DNA of 64,000 bases from Candidatus Nanopelagicales bacterium (GTDB lineage Bacteria; Actinomycetota; Actinomycetes; S36-B12), in contig JBBATH010000010.1 in NCBI GenBank assembly GCA_040398845.1, positions 2,456 through 66,455 on the forward strand. Direction: 5' to 3'. The translations under genes and the position numbers were made by a program. Of this stretch, positions 58,202 to 64,000 are shown in pieces; positions within the stretch are counted from its first letter, which is position 1, and every line of letters begins with the position of its first letter. The notes beneath the pieces were generated by a model. That model had not been told where the DNA came from, searched no databases, and saw nothing but the letters and a program-made list of their open reading frames with translations.

Positions 58202-58518
58202 CCAGATAGTTGGTCATTTGACGGTGTTTTTCGTCATCTCATCCCGCCCCCTCCACGTGAGGTTTCGACGATCGGCGTGAGTGACCGCACTCCTCGTCTC
58301 GCACGACATCATGGCGTTGGACGACCGCTGGGCAGTCCCCGCTGACGCACAGTACCTTGAGTGCTCCACTTCGAGATGCAATCACCGGCCAAATAATGGC
58401 GTTCCGAATCAGTAGCGGACTGGTTCGCCGGTTGAAATGACCACTTTGCCTGTCAACTGACCACTTCGATGGTCAGTTCAGCCGGATTCTGGACGAAATG
58501 ACCGGGGTAACGGGGGGG
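58161..58518. mobile_element. Approximately 360-bp non-coding foldback / MITE-like element with 48-bp terminal inverted repeats containing subterminal hairpins
   Basis: 58172-58219 and the reverse complement of 58455-58502 are identical for 26 nt, then match except for the hairpin loops and one compensatory pair. A C11 run flanks the left end and a G7 run flanks the right. I see no ORF of note inside. Confidence 0.55.
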
Positions 58519-60591
58519 TGTGTGTTGGGGGAGGTTTGTGCGGAAGAAGTCGATCTCTAGGCGCAGCAGGTTTTCGGCGACGACCTCCTGCGGTGTCATA
58601 TGCGTAACCCCGCTGAGGGGCACTACCGAGTGGCTGCGCCCTGCGGCGAGCAGTGCGCTGGAGAGCAGCAGCGTGTGCGCGGCCAAAACGTTGTCGTCGG
58701 CGAGACCGTGAATGAGCAGGAGCGGCCGGGTGAGCTGGCCGGCTCGCTCGATGAGCGAGGTGCGTGCGTACGCCTCGGGTGAGGTCTTGGGGTGGCCGAG
58801 GTAGCGCTCGGTGTAGGCGGTGTCGTACAACGCCCAGTCGGTGACGGGCGCCCCGGCGACCGCAGCGTGAAAGACGTCAGGTCGATCGAGGACGGCGAGC
58901 GCGGCGAGGTAGCCACCGAAGGACCATCCACGGATCCCTACCCGTGACAGGTCGAGGTCGGGCTGATCTGCCCCGAGTGCCTGCAGTGCATCGACCTGAT
59001 CGTCGAGGACTCGAGTCGCGAGGTCGCCGAGAATGGCACGATCCCATGCCGGTCCTCGACCCGGCGTCCCGCGGCCATCGGCGATGACGACCGCGAACCC
59101 TTGGTCGGCGATCCACTGATCAGTTGCGTAAGCGCCAGCGGAGCGAATGACTCGCTGACCGTGCGGACCGCCATAGGGCGAGACGATGACGGGTAGCGGC
59201 CCACTGCCGGCAACGTAACCGACTGGCCACAGGACGCAGGTGCGCAGTTCACGATGCGCGACGGTCGAGTAACTCGGCGTCACCGTGATGAGCGGGCGTT
59301 CGGCCAAGGATTCGACTAACATGCGGCGGTCGCCGTCGACTATCGTGAAGGTGGGGCCGGGTTCGGAAGGGTTCGTCACGATGTCGACTCGGAGACGGTC
59401 GCCTGCAACCGCTGAGGCCCAGCAGTCGGTGGGCGTGAGTTCGATGGCCTCGCCGCTTGCGAGGTCAAGGCGATAGACACCTTGAGACTCCGGGACAGGC
59501 GAGGCTGTGACGATGCAGGATTCGGAGTCCGCTCGCAGTAGATCCCTGATCTGCAGCCCGGGGGGCGACACCGCAATGCCAGCTCGGGCGAGTCGGTACG
59601 TGTCGGTCGCGACGTCGTTGACGATGTCGACGAGTACGCCGGAGGAGTCCACCATCGGCACCCCGCCCGCGACATCGACCCATGCACCGTCTGTTCGGGT
59701 GGCAAGAATCTCGAGGGACCCGCGCTCGGGATCAACGCGCCCGATCTGAGCCGTCCGCTGATCGCGCGACAGCAGCATGATCACGCCATCGTGGACTGAT
59801 GCGAGATACGGAAACCGCTCCGCGTCCCATTCAAGGTGGGTTTTCCTGCCGTCTAGGGTGACGAACCACAGGCTCACCCTCGCATTGACAGTCCCGGCAG
59901 CCGGGTAACGGTGGGGGACCGGTTCGATCTGCGGACGCGCCGGGTCTCCGATCCAGCGGATCGCCACGGCACTGTTGTCGTACTGCTCGACGAGGAGTCC
60001 GCCGGCGAGCCACCAGTGTCCGCGGAAGCGGTCGAGTTCCTCGGCAGCGACGAAGTCGGCGAGCCCCCAAGCCTCGTCCGCATGGGCCGGCTCGCAGAGC
60101 GCGACCGGCTTATCGTCGCCGAGGCGAACCACGAAAAGTCCATTGCCGCTCACGAAGGCGACATGCGTACCATCGGGGCTCATCCGGGGGTCGACCACCG
60201 GCCCGGGGGCGGGTAGTTCAGTTGTGGCACCTGAATCGACTTCGACCACGTACGGAACCCCGGACAAGGCGAAGACAGCAACGCTGCCTGCTTCGTTGAG
60301 GCTGAATGCCGTGATGCCGGAGGTCACCTCCCGCATGCGCTCACGCCGCGCTCGCTCCTCGGCAGGCAGGTCGCCGCTGGCGAGGAGGTCGGTCGAGGAG
60401 ACGAGAAGCCGCTCCGCGCCGTCCGAGACATCGAGGCACCAAAGATTGCCCGCTGGGTCCTGGCCGCTCGAACTGCGGATGAAGAACACCATGGTTCCTG
60501 CAAGGGCAAAACTCCGCGGACGACCGAGTTGAAATCCGCGAGTTCGAGCCTTCTGGCGTGGGAAGCTATCGGTGCTCGACATAGGGAGCAT
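58453..60591 (-). CDS. S9 family peptidase (DPP-IV / prolyl oligopeptidase-like)
   Basis: N-terminal beta-propeller region and a C-terminal hydrolase domain with GWSFGGY (GxSxGG), GLADDNV and VTH. The last approximately 15 codons lie in the repeat element. Start at ATG 60591 or 60582. Confidence 0.85.
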   Translation of the reverse strand: MLPMSSTDSFPRQKARTRGFQLGRPRSFALAGTMVFFIRSSSGQDPAGNLWCLDVSDGAERLLVSSTDLLASGDLPAEERARRERMREVTSGITAFSLNEAGSVAVFALSGVPYVVEVDSGATTELPAPGPVVDPRMSPDGTHVAFVSGNGLFVVRLGDDKPVALCEPAHADEAWGLADFVAAEELDRFRGHWWLAGGLLVEQYDNSAVAIRWIGDPARPQIEPVPHRYPAAGTVNARVSLWFVTLDGRKTHLEWDAERFPYLASVHDGVIMLLSRDQRTAQIGRVDPERGSLEILATRTDGAWVDVAGGVPMVDSSGVLVDIVNDVATDTYRLARAGIAVSPPGLQIRDLLRADSESCIVTASPVPESQGVYRLDLASGEAIELTPTDCWASAVAGDRLRVDIVTNPSEPGPTFTIVDGDRRMLVESLAERPLITVTPSYSTVAHRELRTCVLWPVGYVAGSGPLPVIVSPYGGPHGQRVIRSAGAYATDQWIADQGFAVVIADGRGTPGRGPAWDRAILGDLATRVLDDQVDALQALGADQPDLDLSRVGIRGWSFGGYLAALAVLDRPDVFHAAVAGAPVTDWALYDTAYTERYLGHPKTSPEAYARTSLIERAGQLTRPLLLIHGLADDNVLAAHTLLLSSALLAAGRSHSVVPLSGVTHMTPQEVVAENLLRLEIDFFRTNLPQHTPPRYPGHFVQNPAELTIEVVS

Positions 60592-60627
60592 CGTGCCCCA
60601 TTCCGCGCGACACGGTAGCGTCGGATC

Positions 60628-61506
60628 GTGAACCGGCGACTTCTCTTCGTGCACGCACACCCCGACGACGAAACAATCGGCACTGGGGCGACCATGGCAA
60701 AGTACGTGATCGAGGGGGCACACGTCACACTCGTCACGTGCACTCTCGGCGAGGAGGGTGAGGTGCTCCTCGAGGAGTTCGCCCATCTTGCAGCGGATAA
60801 GCAGGACGCTCTGGGCGACCATCGGCAGACCGAGCTCGCGAATGCGATGAGTGCCTTGGGCGTCACCGACTGGCGGCTCCTCGGCGGTGCGGGGAGGTTC
60901 CGCGATTCCGGCATGATCGGCACGCCGAGCAACGACTACGCCGGCTGCTTCTGGCGGGCCGACTTGCTCGAGGCGGCGCTACCGCTCGTCGAGATCATCC
61001 GCGAGGTGCGTCCGCAGGTCGTCGTCACCTATGACGATTTCGGCGGGTACGGGCATCCCGACCATATTCAGGTTCACCGGGTCACGATCTATGCGCTCGC
61101 ACTGGCCGCCTCCCCGACATTCCGGGCCGATCTCGGTACCCCGTGGGCTCCGACCAAGGTCTACTGGACCGCCTTTCCCAAGAGCGTCATGCGTGCCGGG
61201 ATCGAGGCCATGAAGGAGCACGACGCCTCGAACGAGTTTGCGTCGATGGATCCCGACGACATCCCCTTCGCGTGCGACGACGAACTCGTCACGGCCGCAA
61301 TCGACGGGAGCGCGTATCTGCCGGCGAAGATGGCCGCACTGCGCGCCCACGGAACCCAGGTGAGCGTCGATGGCGGCTTCTTCGCTCTCGCCGACAATGT
61401 CGGGGCAGAGGCCTTCGGCACGGAGTACTACCGCCTCGCCTCCGGCATCAGCGGCGCTCCCGAAAGGCAGCGCGAGTCAGATCTTTTCGCGGGCATCAGC
61501 GAGTGA
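60628..61506 (+). CDS. mshB: N-acetyl-1-D-myo-inosityl-2-amino-2-deoxy-alpha-D-glucopyranoside deacetylase
   Basis: [50 protein letters not shown]. Confidence 0.85.
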   Translation: MNRRLLFVHAHPDDETIGTGATMAKYVIEGAHVTLVTCTLGEEGEVLLEEFAHLAADKQDALGDHRQTELANAMSALGVTDWRLLGGAGRFRDSGMIGTPSNDYAGCFWRADLLEAALPLVEIIREVRPQVVVTYDDFGGYGHPDHIQVHRVTIYALALAASPTFRADLGTPWAPTKVYWTAFPKSVMRAGIEAMKEHDASNEFASMDPDDIPFACDDELVTAAIDGSAYLPAKMAALRAHGTQVSVDGGFFALADNVGAEAFGTEYYRLASGISGAPERQRESDLFAGISE

Positions 61507-61940
61507 CGCGACGGGCAACGGGGCCGCTGGCCATCCTGAGCATCATTGGGTTGGTAGTGGTCGGCCTTGTGATTGGGCTCATCGGATCCTTTCTGCAGGC
61601 GACCCGGGAAATTGTGCTGATGCCGTGGGCGCAGGTGGTCGTCCCGTGGGGAATGAGCGTCGTCGTGGTGACGGTCATCATCGTCATCCGGGGTGGCGTG
61701 TGGCTCGTCCGCTCGCGGACTGGGGGATGGGCGGTATTCGCAGGCTGGCTCGGTGCAACGATCGTCATGTCCGCCGAGTCTCCCTCCGGGGATTTGGCCA
61801 TCTCGGGAGGCGGACGTCAGATGACCTACCTGCTCAGCGGGGTGATTCTTGGCGCCGCAGCGGCCACCTTCCCGATGTTGGGGCAATCGTCGCATACCAT
61901 CAGGCGAGAACGCGTCCCACCTGTCGATCTCCAGACCTGA
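61503..61940 (+). CDS. DUF6113-like small membrane protein
   Basis: GTGA overlap with the mshB stop. About 145 aa with four TM helices. This is the usual position downstream of mshB. Confidence 0.55.
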   Translation: MTRRATGPLAILSIIGLVVVGLVIGLIGSFLQATREIVLMPWAQVVVPWGMSVVVVTVIIVIRGGVWLVRSRTGGWAVFAGWLGATIVMSAESPSGDLAISGGGRQMTYLLSGVILGAAAATFPMLGQSSHTIRRERVPPVDLQT

Positions 61941-61968
61941 CGACCCGCGCACCGAAGGAGCCTGCCCC

Positions 61969-63861
61969 GTGGCCGAGCATCGCCGCCTCCCGGCGCTGCC
62001 CGCCGTCGACAGCAGGGTCAGGCTCATCGCAGGTGGCGTCCTCGCACTCCTCGTGATTGTGTATGGCGCCCTCATCCTGATGTCTGGCGGCGATGTCCGA
62101 CCGGGCTCCGTCGTCCGCGGGGTGACGATTGGGGGACTCAGCTCTGCCGAAGCAGTTGCCTCACTCGACGCAACCTTGGGAAAGATCTCAAGCAAACCGT
62201 TCAAACTTGAGGCTGCCGGCAAGGAGTTCATCGTCAAGCCCAAGGACGCCGGGCTTGAATTCGACGCGACTGCGACCGTGCAAAGTGCCTCGGGACGCAG
62301 TTGGAGTCCCCTCGCACTCGCCGCGGACCTGCTCGGCCAGCGTGAGGTGGAGCCGGTCATCGTCGTGAATGAGTTGGCGCTCACGAGCCAGCTCGACGGG
62401 ATCGCCCTCGCGATCGATCGCCCGGCGATTGAGCCGTCCATCACGATCAAGAAGCAGGAGGCAACACTCAAGGAAGGGAAGAACGGCCGGGCTCTCGATG
62501 TTGAGGCGACCTCCGCCCTGCTCATTGCGGACTTGCTCAAGGCGAGGGAACCGATTTCTGCACCCATCGTCAAGGTTCTGCCACTTGTATCCGAGGAGTC
62601 GGCCGAAAAGTCGATGGCCCTCGCGAGATCGGCGTTGGGTCATCCGATCATCGTGAAGGCAGGGGAGTCGTCAGCCAAACTGCGTCCGAAAGCGATCTCA
62701 CGGTCGCTCACTTTCACCGCGGTTGGAGATCAGTTGGAGCCTCGGATCGATGGTCAGGTGCTTCAACGGGCCCTCGATGGGAAGCTCGAGGGGGCCGAGG
62801 TCCCTGGTCGAGATGCCTCGTTCGAGATCGTTGACGGCAGGCCGGTCGTGGTGCCGTCCGTTGTCGGCAAGGGGGTGTCGGATGTCGAGCTCGCGACGGC
62901 GGTGCTTGACGTTATTGACGAGGATTCGCCAGATCGGAGCGTAGCGGTCTCCATGGCGATCCGGGAGCCTGCGGTAACGACCGAGCAGGCCCGTTCGCTC
63001 GGAATTACCGAGAGGTTGTCGACCTTCACCCAGAAATTCCCCTACGCGGCCTACCGAGTACAAAACATCGGTCAGGCTGCGCGTAACGTGAACGGCACCC
63101 TCCTCCTGCCGGGCCAAACCTTCTCGATGAACGATGCCATGAAGGAGCGAACCGAGGCGAACGGCTACACGGTCGGCTTCGTGGTCGGCGCAGGTGGAGT
63201 GTTCGCCGAAGATCTTGGAGGCGGCGTGTCGGCGGCGACGACGACCGTGTGGACCGGGGCGTTCTTTGCCGGCATGGAGCGGGTAGCGACCCAGGCCCAC
63301 TCCATCTATATTTCGCGTTACCAACCCGGACTCGAGGCGACCGTTGCCTGGGGATTGTTCGATATGAAGTTCAAGAACGATATGCCTACAGGGGTGTTCA
63401 TCACGACCGCGATGACGAACACCTCGATGACGGTGACCTTCTGGGGAACCCGAATCTACGACGAGATCAAAGCGGAGTTTGGCCCGAAGCAAAACGTCGT
63501 GCCCTTCACGACCATCTTCGACAAGTCCAAGACCTGCCTCGGTCAAGGCGGCATGGACGGGTTCACCATTGCGGTAGACCGGGTCTTCTTCAAGGACGGC
63601 GTCGAGGTCAAGCGCGAGACGATCACCACGCACTACCGTGCGGCCCCCGAGGTGGTGTGCGGTAAGAAGCCGAAGCCGGGGGAGGAACCCCTCGCCCCGT
63701 CGACCGGCAAGCCCTCTGACACGACGACTCCGACGCCGACTCCGGACCCTGACACCGCGCCGGCGGCCGCTGCAACTCCGACGCCGACCCCGCTGTCGAC
63801 AAAGAAGCCAAAGCCGACTCCTCCACCCGTGGAGGACGCCGCGCCGGCGCCCGGTCGCTAG
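61969..63861 (+). CDS. VanW family protein with an N-terminal TM anchor and a Pro/Thr-rich C-terminal tail
   Basis: GTG at 61969. FPYAAYRVQNIGQAARNVNGTLLLPGQTFSMND is the VanW core. The tail reads TTTPTPTPDPDTAPAAAATPTPTP. Confidence 0.8.
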   Translation: MAEHRRLPALPAVDSRVRLIAGGVLALLVIVYGALILMSGGDVRPGSVVRGVTIGGLSSAEAVASLDATLGKISSKPFKLEAAGKEFIVKPKDAGLEFDATATVQSASGRSWSPLALAADLLGQREVEPVIVVNELALTSQLDGIALAIDRPAIEPSITIKKQEATLKEGKNGRALDVEATSALLIADLLKAREPISAPIVKVLPLVSEESAEKSMALARSALGHPIIVKAGESSAKLRPKAISRSLTFTAVGDQLEPRIDGQVLQRALDGKLEGAEVPGRDASFEIVDGRPVVVPSVVGKGVSDVELATAVLDVIDEDSPDRSVAVSMAIREPAVTTEQARSLGITERLSTFTQKFPYAAYRVQNIGQAARNVNGTLLLPGQTFSMNDAMKERTEANGYTVGFVVGAGGVFAEDLGGGVSAATTTVWTGAFFAGMERVATQAHSIYISRYQPGLEATVAWGLFDMKFKNDMPTGVFITTAMTNTSMTVTFWGTRIYDEIKAEFGPKQNVVPFTTIFDKSKTCLGQGGMDGFTIAVDRVFFKDGVEVKRETITTHYRAAPEVVCGKKPKPGEEPLAPSTGKPSDTTTPTPTPDPDTAPAAAATPTPTPLSTKKPKPTPPPVEDAAPAPGR

Positions 63862-63872
63862 ACCAGCCTCTG

Positions 63873-64000
63873 CTACGAAACGACTTGCTGGCCCTCAGGG
63901 GTGTCCTCCACGGTCACGCCCATGCCCGCCAGCAGATCGCGTAGCTCGTCGCTCTGCGCCCAGTCCTTGGCTGCTCGGGCAGCCGCCCGTCGATCGAGCA
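63873..64000 (-). CDS. cysS: Cysteine--tRNA ligase family, C-terminal end (5' part lies outside the window)
   Basis: Reverse frame reads ...[41 protein letters not shown]. This fits the ARxxKDWxxADxxRDxLxxxGxxxEDxPxG tail of CysS. I cannot exclude the paralogue MshC. Confidence 0.55.
   Translation of the reverse strand, partial: LDRRAAARAAKDWAQSDELRDLLAGMGVTVEDTPEGQQVVS

Noticed and set aside
58161-58518. Tn3-family or other known IS terminal repeats as the identity of the 48-bp inverted repeats.
   Set aside because: No transposase or resolvase ORF lies within or beside the element. Read 5' to 3' inward, the ends start with C-runs rather than the GGGG typical of Tn3 ends, and I do not recognise the sequence. 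It is called only as a generic foldback/MITE-like element.
1-64000. CRISPR arrays, tRNA/rRNA genes, integrase or transposase genes, and prophage or defence-island signatures.
   Set aside because: Reading all intergenic regions over 60 bp, I found no regularly spaced direct repeats, no cloverleaf-like or rRNA-like sequence, and no recombinase ORF. The only mobile-element-like signals are the two non-coding repeat structures reported above.

Overview
This is a high-GC actinobacterial chromosomal window with about 70 recognisable genes or gene remnants. I saw no rRNA, tRNA or CRISPR array. Layout: (i) 1-12.0 kb holds an IclR-associated catabolic operon: SDR, LLM flavin oxidoreductase, SMP-30 lactonase, two thiolase-fold proteins plus a DUF35 protein, acyl-CoA ligase, aldehyde dehydrogenase, cyclase-family protein and CaiB-type CoA-transferase. 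(ii) 12.1-23.3 kb is an accessory patch: secreted orphan proteins, a DUF4143 ATPase, a CYP102-like P450-reductase fusion cut by an in-frame TAG, an AbiEi-like gene, an intact yefM-yoeB pair, a YcaO remnant and a second, deleted yefM-yoeB copy. (iii) 23.3-39.5 kb is a conserved housekeeping block: DUF255 thioredoxin-domain protein, uppS-family, phoH2, class I fumarase, glpX, xseAB, ispH, rmuC, ychF. (iv) 39.5-47.7 kb is a second accessory patch: an SRPBCC gene with an in-frame TGA, a decayed DUF1778/GNAT toxin-antitoxin locus bracketed by a 40-bp inverted repeat, DoxX, an HTH gene plus an unknown ORF, a tocopherol-cyclase-like gene and an ABC-2 exporter. (v) 48.3-64 kb carries typA, an Opp/Dpp-type ABC operon, an LpqW-like lipoprotein, an S9 peptidase, mshB, a VanW protein and the end of cysS. 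I did not find a convincing intact, novel multi-gene system. The items most worth a second look are a roughly 360-bp foldback (MITE-like) element with covarying subterminal hairpins between two convergent genes, the amber-split self-sufficient P450, the thiolase-fold pair plus DUF35 that appear to lack canonical catalytic residues, and the concentration of nonsense-disrupted or truncated accessory genes. All family calls rest on motif recognition by eye. No searches were run.
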